DNA from: Guillardia theta CCMP2712
Lineage: Eukaryota > Protista > Cryptophyta
Direction: 5' to 3'
DNA length: 52,049 nucleotides
Assembly (NCBI RefSeq): GCF_000315625.1
Contig: NW_005434437.1
Span: 2,701-54,749 of the forward strand
The notes beneath the pieces are model-generated. The model was not told where the DNA came from. It ran no database searches and worked only from the letters and a program-made list of their open reading frames with translations. Within the stretch, counting starts at the first letter, position 1; every line of letters starts with the position of its first letter. The position numbers and the translations under genes were made by a program. Below, piece by piece: positions 10,300 through 23,400 of the stretch.

Positions 10300-12716
10300 C
10301 ATCAATTTACCCAAGCAGGCGCAGGGTCTGCTTCTGCCTCTCTTCTCCTCTTCCCACTTTGTGTTGTAGGATGCTCCAAGCAGCTCTGCGACCCGGCGAC
10401 TGGTACCTGAGTACTTCACTTGGCCCAGGTTGTCATGCCACCACCCACTCCTTTCGCTTGTTTGTGCACGCATCCCAACCTCCCTCGCATTTGGATGTGA
10501 ATCACATCAAACTTAAGCTGACCAGCATCGTGCAGGTCTTCGCTTTCGATTGGACGGCGACACGTGAGAGGAGGGTTTGATTCGATTTAACCTGGTAAAG
10601 TTTCAAAGAACTTTGATTCTGCGCCATGTGGTGCCTCTAACATTCCATCAATGGAAGATGTCTTTGAACACGCAGCCCTGCCACCAACATATTTAGCGAC
10701 AGCAAGAGAGGAGACCAACATGTTTAGCGACAGCAAGAGAGGAGGTCTGGGATACCTTGTCGTGTTCACGCATCAAGCTCTTGAGCTTCTTTGACAAGGC
10801 CTGTTCCCACTCAGAGCTTTCCTTTCACCTCTTCCTCTCCACACCTGCACTGCCTTGTCTTCGTTCCCCATGCTCTTCAGGGCCTCAAGATCCTGTACGT
10901 TTGTTCAGCGGCTAAACTAAGAGAAACGTCAAAGCCCTCTTTTACCTGCTCTGCTTCAACAAAGCGCTCGACCTCGATGTAAGCGCTTGCCTGCAACGTG
11001 ATCAGATGAATGAGCTGAGTGACGCCAAGTCCAAGACTAAGAAGAGATACAAGGAGAGTGAAAGACGTACCCGACGGAAGAGCGCCTTAGGATGTGAGCT
11101 CTTGACCTTGAGTACGGCATTGCACTTGGCGATCGCTTCCTTCCAATTGTTGCGCTTTATCTCGCAGGCAGCCATGTTAAGCAGGCAAGAAATCTTGATT
11201 GCCTCTCCCTCTTGACGGGTCTCAGGGCTCTCCGAGCTGTCCGGCACTTCCAAGATCTGAGAAAGATGAGGTTGGAACATTCAACAACCAAAGGCACCTG
11301 ATATGCAGCTGAATATCTCTGGTACGACCGCTGGAACTTCCCGATATTAAAAAAAGAATTTCCTGCATCCTTGATTTTGTTTGCAAACATAACTTTCTCT
11401 TCAGCTGTCATACTTTTCGTTTCTGCCTCCTTCCAATCCAGCAGGTGAACACGGTACTCGATCGCCTTGTTGGGGGGCACATCACCACCTCGACCTTCCT
11501 CTCCATATGCGTATGCTGGAGTGACATGCACCAGTGCACTTTGTCCCTTCACCATGTGCTGCAGTGCGCGCTCGAGGCCATCAGTGATGTCGAGGTCGAA
11601 CTTTCCGATCTCAATCTCACGGCTGGTGAAAGACTCGAACTCCCTTGCTGCTCGTGGCCCATCACCTTCTACTGCTGTTGAGTACGTTGCCGAGCAGACG
11701 CAACCTTCGGTCGGTTTGCGAACCTCGAGGCCAGGTTTTGACAGGTACTCAACGAGGACGCCCTCGTCGTTAGTCAGATCCACAATAGGACGCACATCCA
11801 CTATCTCAACCTCGTACTCCACTTTGGCCTCCCCTTTCACTTTGCGCTTGGAGTCCCCGTGTGGGCCGAAGGCATACTCATGGCTCAAAGTCACCCAGAA
11901 CGTGCAGCCCTTCCACATCTCCCTCACTGCCACCTGCAGCCCTCTGGGTCTGATCCGCTTCACCTGCACACGCACAGGGCCCTCTCCTTCCCCGAACCCT
12001 TCGGATTCAAAGAAGCTGTCAGACTTCGCTTCGCGTCCTCTGTATCGCAGGTAGACCATGTCCAAATCTGTAGGCTTGTCTGTGGGCAGACTAGTTTGGA
12101 TGGGCTTAATCATGATTCCTCCTTCCTTGAACACATCGTTAATCACTATCCAGCTTAATAGCTCCACTTCAAACTCAACGCCAGGCTCCTCCTCCACACT
12201 TGTCCCCAACAATTCTGCCTGACCCCGCAGGTAATGGCCCTTCACTGAAACTTTTGCTACTTCTCCCTTGCGCATGTCTCTGATCGCAATCTCCATTCCT
12301 CGACATAGTTGTTCTTCTCCGAGCATGTACCGACGGCACTGCTCCTCGAACAAAATTTCACCAGAAACCTTTCCCTGTATTCTGACTGCAACTTCACATG
12401 GCGGAAACGGTTTTTCCCACCCAGTTCCGGGAGTAATAATCTGCGAGAGGGATATCCTTCACACACTGAAAAAGCATAGCTTCAGTTGTACCGTTTTGAC
12501 GACCGCACCATCAGGTGTCATACTCTTCGGATCACCTTGCCCGACTGCGGAGTCAAGTCAGAAAGACCATGACACGGCACTAGGTGCGTGAAGAAGCGGA
12601 AGACATGATGGTGAGGAGCAGGAATCACCCCAAAGCTTCTCGGTCGGGTCTAGAAGATCTTCCTCCCTCAAAACTTCTCCCTCCATCGGCAGATTCGACG
12701 GCCGATCCGTCGCCAT
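10300..12716 (-). CDS. Large immunophilin: three FKBP-type PPIase domains + TPR (FKBP62/65, ROF1-like architecture); 3' end uncertain
   Basis: GMEIAIRDMRKGE..VEFEVELLSW, GLQVAVREMWKG..YAFG..VEYEVEI, GLERALQHMVKGQ..YAYG..VPPN..YRVHLLDW; TPR KDAGNSFF...LNMAACEIK...KALFRR. Confidence 0.9.
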
Positions 12717-12994
12717 TCTCGCTTGAGCGGTTAACAAGAATGGAGAACGAAGAGCATACGGACGTTAGAATCTATCTACACCTGCACATGTTGATCAGGA
12801 TGACGGAAGACGTATTTTCATTCATGCGATGAGGATAGGGAATAGACGACATTCGACCACCAACGCAGTGGAGATTTGAGCATGGTCAAGAGAAACAAGA
12901 GAAAAGGAGAAGGATGGAAACATCGAAACCAAGACGTAGAACAAGCATCACAGGCATGAAAGGGCAAGTATCACACACATGAAGGAAGAATTGT

Positions 12995-13371
12995 CATGAG
13001 TTCAACAGCAAAGGAAATGGTTCGTCTAGTTATGAAGAAAAGGAGAAAACGGGGGGATACTCCTTGACATCCTTAGTGTTTGAGGCGATTTCAACATCCA
13101 AACATCATTTTTCTTTTTCAATTTCAGTCTTTGCCTGAGCATATTCGAAACTTTGTCCTCCAATGATACAAGGCAAACAACATACGACCCCCTACGACTG
13201 TCCAGATTCACCTCCCCAACCCTCATCTCCTCCTCTTGATCTCCGGGAAGTACTTCATGGATCTTCATCTCTACCTGAAATCCTTCCCTCCCCCTCTCTT
13301 CCACATCTTCTTTCCCCCCTCCCCCCCTCCCCTCCCTCCTCCCCCCAACCCGCTCCCGCCTCCCGCAGCAT
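12995..13371 (-). CDS. Possible small hypothetical protein
   Basis: ATG at 13371 and a plausible chain of short exons; no recognisable motif. Confidence 0.25.
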
Positions 13372-13529
13372 GATTCCTCCCGTCTTCTCGGTACTAAAAT
13401 ATTTCATTGAAAATCGATTAAAACACAGTAATGAAACATTTCAAATTAAACCGAATAATTTCGAAATATTTGCATTCCAGCATTTGTAAGGCAGTCAATT
13501 CAACGCTACATAAAACTATTTTAAGATCA

Positions 13530-14130
13530 ACCGTACCCCTACACCCCTCCTCCTGACCCTACCCCATGAACAAAATACCCACCCGGTACATGTTATACCC
13601 CTACCCCATGTTTACTATCTATTTGCTTTGCCATATGACCCCCCAGACATCAAGTTTGTACCCCCCACCCACGAAAGTTTTCATCAGCCCCTGTTTTGCA
13701 ATTCCACACCCTACCCTCTGTTTACTACTGCCTTCCCTCTATACACCCCATTCACCCAATCATTTAGTACCCCACCCCCTCCAAAAACTAGCCACCCCCT
13801 TGTTTTACCTATTTCAACCCCTCCTTTTAGCTTGTGGTTTCAATCTTGAGTACCCCTACCACCGAACCTCCACACTCGTCTACGTCTGGCCTTCTACCGA
13901 CTCTTTCAGCCCCACCCCACTTTTCAGACCCCTCATATCACTGACATCACCCCACATTTTGATAGCATTTTTCTTGATTAGATATGGGTTATCTGATGAC
14001 CCCACCCCCTCATTAAAGACACCAGGGCAAGACTGAAACGAAGTGCTTTCGAGAATCAGATGTCATGGTTGGGGTCATAGTGGGGATGTGGATCCCAGAG
14101 GTGGGTGGGTCATAGTGGGGATGTGGTCTA
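13530..14130. promoter_or_regulatory. TACCCC/GGGGTA-rich intergenic block upstream of separase, preceded by an AT-rich stretch
   Basis: Dense C-runs preceded by TA/CA; gggtcatagtggggatgtgg duplicated at 14072 and 14107. Regulatory role is inferred from position. Confidence 0.4.
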
Positions 14131-14409
14131 GTAGTTCAAAAATTATGCACGCCGACTGATAGACGCGGATCTTGCTCGTCCTCGTCGCTTCTCCTCCTCC
14201 CCTTCCTTCTTCTTTCTCAACTCTTCCTCCTTGATCCTCTTCTCTTAGCTATCACTTTTTTTTCTGTGCCCCCTCTTCTCTCCTTGGTCGACATTCTTTT
14301 CACCATCCTCTCTGCTATTTCCTCGCCACTGGACGTTGCTATCTTCTTTTCCCGTTCGCGCTCTTTCTTCAACATTTGTTGTTGCTACCTTTCAAAGATA
14401 TAAGAGCAA

Positions 14410-17400
14410 ATGACTCGCATATCCACGGTGGGAGAGTCACGGGTGAAAGGTGAAGCGGGTAGCAGCAATGCAAAACAATTGATAGATGCGATCAGCATAA
14501 ATCTCAAGAAGGTGAAGAGCCAGGTTGAATGATGCGAGAATAACTTTGTTCTCAGGTTTCTGTGTCTGAATGCAGTCAAGCAGAGGCTGAACAGCTTCTA
14601 AAAGGGGCAGATGAAGCCTTGAACCAACTTCGATGTATGGAGAGTGGGCTTTCGTGGAAGCAGGGGGAAATAGAGAAACTCTATCACAATGTGATTCAAA
14701 AGTGTCTCGATAGACACGTGTACAAGCAGGCAGAAAGGCTTTCGAAGGATCTTCTCCTTCGGATCGAGACATGGAAATCCAAGAAGTTGAAAGTGGAAAA
14801 GGAAAACAGGCCTTCACAGTCAGGTCTGTCGTACCAAATTGCCAAGTTGTAACTCACGAGTGAAGGTGCAGGGTCTGATGTACGAGAAGTCATCCGACGT
14901 CTGCAGAGAAGTGCTGCAGGAGAGAAGAAACCCCTCAAGGATGATCTTGCGATCCTTGTTGGCAGCTTTCTCAACTTCGGGGCGGTGAGGCTCAACCACG
15001 GTTCAGCTGGCGAGAAGCGGGAAGACGCTCTTCAGGATGTCGTTCTCAGTTGCGGTGATGGCTGCATGTTGGTCTTGCAGAGACTGTTTGAAGTTGATGC
15101 GGCATACGCCACGAAGCTTGCTGTCTCCTTTCACCGTATCTTGAACAAGGCGGCGTCGTTGGCTGACGAGCCTCAAGCGGGGGGAGGGGCGTCGGACTCT
15201 AACAAGGCCCGATCATCGTGCCACTTACTGTCGCTGGAGCTGCGGAGGTTGGCGCTGTGCTACCTGATCTTGTCACAGAAAGTTTCGCTGCTCGAGGTAG
15301 TGAAGCAGGTCGTTAAGATCTCAAAGTTCTACGAGCAAAAGGTGCCCTCTCGGCTCTTGGCTTCGCATGCACAACTCCTGCACTGCTCCTCCTGTTCCTT
15401 GGCCCACGACCTCGGGGAGCACGATTCCTCCTTCCTTGCCGTTATGGACTGGTTTCTTGCCTTCCAAGCAGCTGTCGCCCGGGCATGCGATATCGATTCT
15501 CCTCGCGCAGCTCTCGAGAGCCTGGAGGGTTGTGACGTCCTGCCGGCTCTGGAGCAGCTCGTTGGGAGGTTGCAAGACAAGCGCGAGGAGCGGGAGAGAG
15601 TGTGGGATACGCTTGTCCGCCTCTTTGCCTTGATGAAGCAGATGCTCGTCTACGCGTCCACCTCGCAGGGCTTCGGAGACCTCAGATCACTCATCGCTTC
15701 TCTGCAGAAAGAGCTGGACAAGGTCAACTGGGCGGAAGTTTGTCACGAGTATGGGTCGATACTGGACAAGTATGTGAGGGGGATGGACAGCTTTCGCTCC
15801 TTGTGCTGTGCGCTCGTGATCAGTAAGAGGAAGGCTATGCGGGAGGGCGACGAAGCGTCGACGCTCGAGGCTTCCCTGCAGTCTCTCTTTCTGTCCTTCG
15901 CTGATGCAGCAGCGACTGGCCTAGGCCAGCAAGGCTCAGGTGCCTGATCCTTGCCCTCTCTCTCGAACCTCTGACCTCATCTGCTCGCTTCAGATGCATC
16001 GCTGCTCCCACGGCTTGTCGATGCTCTCATCTTCGTCCTGCAAGTCGATTCCTCGAGGTTCTCCCAGGCGCTCTCGGAGCGTGTCAAGTCCATCCTCCTC
16101 AAGCTTCCCGCAGCTCAGGTGCCTCTTAGCTGCTTCTTCCTTGTCTGACCTCGCGGTGCAGTCGCTTGCTCTGTCTTCTAGCGTCGTTCTCTACAACGCT
16201 GCCGTCGCCTCATACAATCAGGGATGCTTCACCGCTGCCCTCTCACCTCTTCAGCACTGCTGCTGCTCGCTAGTCTCCTGTCCCAGTCGTCTATCCTCCT
16301 CCGAGGCTCTTCTGACGGCCAAGAGGCAGCGCATGCTCGCCTTCTGCCTGCAGCGGACGGGAGACGCCTCCTCGGCCATGGCCAGCTTCGCCAGAGCCAT
16401 GGTGCTGTTCAGCCTGGGGGGTGACCGAGCAGGCGCGAAGGCATGCGTGGAAGAGCAGCTGCTTCTGCGACTCTCGTGCGGCAGTGAGCAGGTGGGGGGA
16501 TGCAGCATGCTCAACGTGTCGGGGTGGAGATGCTTGCTGGATCCCAACATGCAGCAGGAGCTGCTCGAGCTCGAGCTCACAGTTGCTGCTTCCTCCCGCC
16601 ATCCTCCGTCCTCGCACATGCTGATGTTGTGCGAGGAGCTGCTCGACCTGCAGACCCTGCAAGGAGGAGACAAGGCGGGGGGCCGTGGAGTCATCCTTCT
16701 GGAGAAGGTCAAGATCCTGCATGCTTCCTGGCCGGCTGGGGAGACGGACGAGAGAGAACTCGCGAAGAAGGAGGAGGAGCTCCTGGAGGAGGGATTATCC
16801 CAGCTGGACAGCCACCTGCGCCTCCTGCTCTCCTCAGCTCCGCACTCAGCTGAGGTTCGGTCCATCGTTTGCCACGTGGCAGGGAGCCTCTGCTGGAGGG
16901 CAGCAGTGAGGGAGGAGGACTCGCTGAGCTTCGCGGGGGCGGCTGTGAGGTTGTGGGAGGCGCTGCTTGAGAGCCTGTCGCAGCTGGAGGGAGAGGGGGA
17001 GGGGGAGGGGGAGGGGGAGGGGGAGGGGGAATTTCTTCCTGCTGTCAGCGGCTCCTCCTTGCGTGTTTCCTTCTCCAGTGTCTGCGAGTCCATCGCGCTG
17101 CTGGGAGACGTTCTGACCTTCCGCGGCTACGAGGCGCTTGGGCGTCAAGTCTACTCGCTGCTGGCGAGGTTCGTAGCGGTGAGGAGGAGACTAGGCTGCC
17201 GTCAGGAGGAGAAGGAAGGAGAGCTGCTGGTCAAGCTTGCCGCTGAGAGCTGCCTGAGGGGCGACAAGCTCTTGGCACGCTCTCTCCTTCAAGACTCCAG
17301 CTCGAGCAGCTTGCGACCAGCAGCGAGGAGGCTTTTGGAGCTTGTACAAGTAGAAGCTACTGCTGCTGAGGAGGAGGAGGAGGGAGGGCAGGACTGCTCG

Positions 17401-20400
17401 GCCGATCCTCTTGCCGTGGAGCTGAACGATCGCAACCAGGAGGAGGTCGAGGCCCTCGCACGCGCTCTTTCCTCGAGCAGGTGGAGGCGAAACTGTCGAG
17501 GAGGAGAAGCTCAGCGGCAGGGGCTTAAGGGGCTCCACGCGCTCATGGGCAGCCTCAAGCTCCTCCTGCCGTCAGAACGAGCGACGGAGGAGGCGTCGGA
17601 TCGAACGACCAGCGTGTTGGAGAAGGTGAGGGAGGAGCTGTGAGGAGAAGAGCTGACTCGTCGAGGCAGCTTGGCGTTTCCTCGCGACTTTTCAGTCTGA
17701 GCAGGTTTCGCCTCCTCGCGCGAGCAGCGGCGAGTCTGCGGCAGGTGGGCGAGACGCAGCTGGAGGGAGGGGCAGTGCGAGAATCCCGTTACTACCTCGA
17801 GCTGGGGATGGAGCTGGCGAGAAGCTGCAGGTCTGCGGCATGGCAGGTGAAGTTTGCGGCCTCGCAGGTAGAGCTGCTGGAGTCGCAGGGGGAGCGAGAG
17901 GAGGCAGACAAACTCCTTGCTGAGTCAATGGCGATGGTGGACGCGAGCAGGTTGACATCTCCAGCTGAGGTCGGGGAGCTGCAGGGTGAGCAAGTTGAGC
18001 TGCTGCTGGCCATGGCGCATGTCTGCCGGTCGCGAGGAGACGCCGCGAGGCTGCAGGAAACGCTGGCAAGCACTCGAGTCGCTATTGATCGTCTGCAAGG
18101 AAGCAGAAGCAGCTTCAAGTCTTGTTTGGGGGGGGACGTGAGCTTGAGGGTTGACGCCCTCGTCGATGCCCTTCGAGGACGTGAAGCGACGCGAGCGGCG
18201 GGGAAGCGAACGACCAAGAGCATCAAGCCCAGAGTGCGGGGAGCGACAAGCGAAGGAGAGGAGGAGGAGCGGAGGAGCGGAGATGAGGCGTGGGAGGTCA
18301 AGCTGATGACGCTGGAGGGAACCTTGTCCAGGATGCGGCATGATGACGCCACTGCCAGGCGAACGCTTGAGGAAGCGCTCAGACTCTGCACCTGCAGGAG
18401 GGAACGAGCGGAAGTACTGCTCGAGCTGGGTCTGTGCTACTCTGGTGCAGGAGGAAGAGGCTCAGGGGAGGGAGAGGAGCGAGAAGGGCGGAGGGAGCAG
18501 TTGAACTCGCTCAAGGTGACTCAGCTGCGGGAGCTGCTGGGGTCTCGAAATCTCCCGACTAGCGGGAAGAAGGCTGAGCTGGTGGAGCGCTTCTTGAGCT
18601 ACGAGGAGGAGGAGGGAGGAGGCAGCGAGTCCCTGGAGCTGCTCATGAAGTGCTGGATGGAATGCCATCCTGACGGCCCTCAGCTCATGCAACGAAGGTG
18701 CGGGAGGGCGATCGCGAGGAGGCTGGAGGACTGCAGCAGCGCCCTCTTCTTCCAGCTGGGCAGCATGGGCATCGCGTCGAGGCTCATGCTTGAGTCTTGT
18801 CGGTTGGGGGGAGACGAAGTGAGGGAGGTGACGAGCAGTATGCGAGCTCTTGATCTCGCTGCTTGCTCAAGCCGACACGTCGACGAGCCCACAAGTTCGG
18901 GCAACGTGAAGCGTCTGCAGGAGAAGGCGAAGGAGAGCATGACGGAGCTGCAGCAGCTGCTGCCTCAAGGTTGGGCCGTTCTCGTCCTCCACACGGTGGA
19001 GGAGGGAGGAAGAGTCTCACTGGCTCTGGGAGTCATCGAACGCTCTGCTCCTCCCTCCCTCCAAGTCCTCGCTCCTCCCTCCCCCTGCCGCTTCTCGCGC
19101 TTCGAGGACATGCAGCAGGAGTTCGCAGAGATCATGCGGCTGTCGCGGGAGGGGCTGGAGCAAGCATCGGCCGTGAGCGGATCCTCAGAGAAGAAGCGTT
19201 GGTGGCAGGAGAGGAGCGAGCTTGACAGGTGCAGAGGAGAGGGAGAGGAGCAGAGGAGCAGAACGGGGGTTAGCTGATGCTTGACAGGCGGCTTGGTGAG
19301 GTCGTGACGGAGATGGACGAGTGGCTCAAGGGGAGGCTGGGAGGGAGGAAAGACGAGGTAAGCCAGTCTCCTCCTCGTGCCCTCAGCTGACTTGAACGCC
19401 AGCACGTCGTCCTGCTCCTTGACGAGGAGACGCATGAGCTGCCATGGGAGAACGTGACGAGTCTGAGAGAGCGATCCGTCTCAAGGGTCCCCTGCCTCTC
19501 CTTCCTCCTCCACCACCTCCAGCTGTCTAGCCCGAAGTTCAAGGCGTCAGCTCCCCGCAGCTTCGCTCCCACCTCCGTCAGCAGGTCGAGTACCTTCTAC
19601 GTCCTCAACCCGTCGGGGGACCTGCCAGGCACGCAGGAGACGTTCGAGCGGCTCTTCGAGCAGGAGGGCTGGCGAGGAGTCGCAGGACGCATGCCGCAGG
19701 AAGGGGAGCTGGCTCGCTCGCTGCTGGAGGAAGACGTTCTGGTGTACTGCGGGCACGGGGGAGGCGAGAGGTGAGGGAGGAAGCAACCTGTGCTGAGCTC
19801 ATCTCCTGTCTAGGATGATTCGTGCGGAGGAGCTGAGCCGCATGTCGCGATGCTCGGCTGCTGTGCTGATGGGATGCAGCAGCGCTCGGCTGAGGAGGCA
19901 GGGAGTCTTCGAGCCGAGGTGAGAGGAGGAGGAGGGGAGAAGCGCCGACGTGTCTGATGCGCATGCAGGGCTCACTTCCTGCACTACCTCGCCGCTGGCT
20001 CTCCTTTCGTGCTGGGCAACCTCTGGGATGTTTCGGATCGGTCGAACTTTTTCCCCTCTGCTCAATCTTGGCCTCCTTGCCCTGCTGCTGCTGCTGCTGC
20101 TGAAGCTCCTCCTCCTCGCCTCCTTCCCCTCCTCTCCCCTTCCCCTTCTTCACTTTGTTTCCTCTTATCGAGCATCTTAACCTCAGGGACATCGATCGTT
20201 TCTCCGAGCAGCTCTTTCGCCAAGCTCTCTTTGCCAACGAGGACGCTCAAGGTCTCGCCGGCTGTTCGCCCATCCCCTCTGACTGCCTGGCAGTCTCCAT
20301 CCTCTCGAGCGTAAAGGAGGCGCGAGACTGCGTGAGGATGCGGCATCTCATCGGCGACGCTCCTGTCTTCTACGGCCTCCCAGCCGTCGCCAGCGCCTAA
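14410..20400 (+). CDS. ESP1: Separase (peptidase C50) with helical/TPR-like N-terminus and an internal SAP motif
   Basis: C-terminal motifs KKRWWQERSELD, HELPWE, SVSRVP, FYVLNPSGDL, VYCGHGGG (His 19754-19756), LMGCSS (Cys 19875-19877), LGNLWDVSD/DIDRF, APVFYGLP. ORFs join through short GT-AG introns; the N-terminal exons are less certain. Confidence 0.92.
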
Positions 20401-20466
20401 ACGACGTGAAGCTTGCAAAAGCTTTATGCGAACAGATAGTACAAGTTACAATACAACCCGCCGACC

Positions 20467-23400
20467 TCACCCCCGCCAGGCTCCTCTCCTCCTCCCCCGC
20501 CACCTGCCGGGAGACCGGGAGTGATCGGCTGGGAGGATGACAGTTCCCGACCTCTCTGCTATGCTCGCTGCCATGTGCTGCGTCAGCTTGTACGCGAGGA
20601 ACAGAGCTCGGAGCATCCCTGCCACCACGACGATGCCGAGGACGAGGGAGGCTGAGCTGTCGCCCCTGGGGTTCCCGCGGAAGAGGTTCGGGTGGTACCC
20701 GATGAAGCCGAAGCCTCGCATGGGGAGGAGGATGACCAGCGTCGAGAAGCCCAGGACCCCCACCCCTGTGCAGCCCAGGATGAAGTGCTGCCGGTCGATG
20801 GCGTACATGTCCGCCAGCCCCGTCGACTTGCCGCCATCAGCCAGCGGCAGCTCCCACGCCAACTTTCCCCACTTGACCACGAAGCCCGTCAGGAATACCC
20901 CCAGCAGAAACAGCGAGAAGGACACCACCTCCACCACCCCCCGACGTCGCACAAAGTTGGCGAGGCCCCGGCGCTCGACGCGGTAGGCGTAGAAGCACTG
21001 GTCGCACTGGACGTGAGAGGAGGCGTTGAAGCTCATCCTTCTCCACGTGTCGAGACACTTCTCGTGGATGTATCGCATCGTCCCCTTGCAGTGACACGGC
21101 GAGAAAAGCTTCCCCTGCTCCGGCGCCTCTTCTTCGGTGCACTGACAGATCCTGCAGACTCTCTCATCCTCTTCTTCCACCGGCACCTGCTCGTCAAGTC
21201 CCGCCGCTTCTTCTTCCTGCGCGTCTCCCACCGAGAGCTTGGCAGACGCATCCGAGTAGCTCATCCCCTCCCACTTTCCCCGCACCAGCCAGACGTCCTT
21301 GGAGCACCTCCGCCCATCCTTTCGCTTTCGCAGCAGCCTGAGATGCGTGCGACTGCCTCGTCCACACCGCTTTGGCACGTCCCCTCCCCAGCACCCCCAG
21401 ACGTACTCAGCTACGCGCTGAGCTAAGCTCAGCTTGGGGTCCCCGTACGCGAGCTTGAGCACGAGGTCCAGCGAGAGGTTTTGCACTTGCACACCGTCGA
21501 TGCACAAGAGCTCGTCGCCCACTTGCACTGAGTGTCTGCAGGGACCATCCGGCATGGCCTCTGTGATGACATACCGCACGCTACCACCGACAAGCTCCTG
21601 GCGGAAGCTTATGCCCAGCAGCCACGAGCGATGCGTCATGAAGAGATGCTGCTTTGACTGCGGCAGTTTGACACTATCACAGTGCCTGAACCTTCGTCGC
21701 AGGAGATAAACGACGACAGCAATGGGAACCAAGCAAACAAGGAGGATCAGAAGAAGGGCTACAGGGTCATTCACGATGAAATCCCACACAATGGCAGCAG
21801 CGGTAGGAGAATGAAGCTGTTTCCGGACTGCTGTGATCTTAGACAAGACGTGAAGAATATCCGAGAAGATCTGATGGCAGCACCACCAAACAATCGTCAA
21901 CCGTTGACATGACAGCCGCAACCCTCACCTCGATTAGGTCGATCACCGCGTGAACTCCCCCGAGCTGCACAAAGAAGCAGAAAACGACGAGGAAGAAGTA
22001 TCCCTGACAGATCGACTCAGTCAAGTCCCAGCACGCAGATGCTATCTACCGTTGAAGAGCAGGCTGCTAGAAGGTCGTCCAAGAAGGATTGATTCAACGA
22101 CATCAGGGCTGACGAGGCTGCTTCCCGGACCTTCACTTCTCATCAGTCTCAGTCTCTCCGCGACCTTAATCTCACCGAAGCTTGTCCGCTGCTCTCAAGC
22201 TCATGAAGCACTTCTACGGCTCCCGCCCGCTTGCAGCATTCTCGAAAGAATCGACGCCGTCTGACTAAGCATTCAAGTGCTGAAGCAGCACTTGCCTTGC
22301 ACTCGTTCGACCCGGTGCGGATCTTGAGGATGAGCGTCTCTACGACTCCTTGGTCATGCAGAACTCGCTCCAACGATCGCGACCCCCCGATGGCCGCCAG
22401 AGCCTCAGCTGCATTCGCAAACGCCCAGTCTGACGCGTGAAGCATCTTGACGATGCTCTCGATGACGGCCCGGGGGATGCAAATGTTGGGTCGCTGTAGG
22501 CACAGAAGAGCAATACAAAGCGCTGCAGCTGACTTGGCAGTCTCAGATGAATCTGCGACAAGTAAAGCCGACAATGCCGGTACCGCTAGTTGCATGAAGT
22601 GCTGGGATTTAGTTTGCATCAATGATTGTGAACTTCTGTTCATCATCAAATCTGTGGACATTCTGCGAAGATCGATTCGAACTTGTTCCAACCGGAGAGG
22701 CATCGTCTCAGCCGAAGTTTCATAGAGCCTCATGTAAGCTAAAGTGTTTCCGAGAGTGTTGGCCAATACTGCAAGAAGAACTGCTGCACGTTCAGCTTCC
22801 GGGCCCGTCGGATCGTCGATAATGCAACTGCATAATCTTCCCGCAACTTCATCGAACAAAGGAGTCTTGTCGCTCTCCCACTCCATCTGAGTTGCTAGTC
22901 TGACCAGCATGTTGCTCGCCAACACCTCTGCCTTGTGTGTCGCCCGTTGACTCGCGCTGTGCCCGCCGTCATGCGTATCGTTGGCGTTGGATGGGTCTGG
23001 AGGCGATGACGGATTGGGAGGCTCATAACAAGCTTGTTTCTCGGATGGCTGTTGGACCAGCTTGAGCAGGGCACCAATCAGCCCGGTCTTGGAAACTGCT
23101 TGTCTCACCCGCGTCGAACACTGCAGTACCATCAGCGATTTAATGAAAAAAATGAGAGCAAACGACCTGCTTTGGGAGGACAGAGACAAAAGACTGCAAT
23201 GTCTTGAGTTGTTCGCGAGGATCAACATCCTGCTACGAGGATCACAACAGGAACACAGGAGATGGCAGAGCAAACCGTGTCCAGGGATCCGATGATTGAA
23301 AGCAATACCAACGAAGGATTTCTTCCAGACAATAATTCCTATCGCATGACATTCGTCAAACAACAAGTTGTCTGCAATACGCATTCAAAAAAAGGAGCTT

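Noticed and set aside
13566-14036. 156-aa Pro-rich ORF
   Set aside because: Translation of the TACCCC-rich intergenic block; no protein-like features
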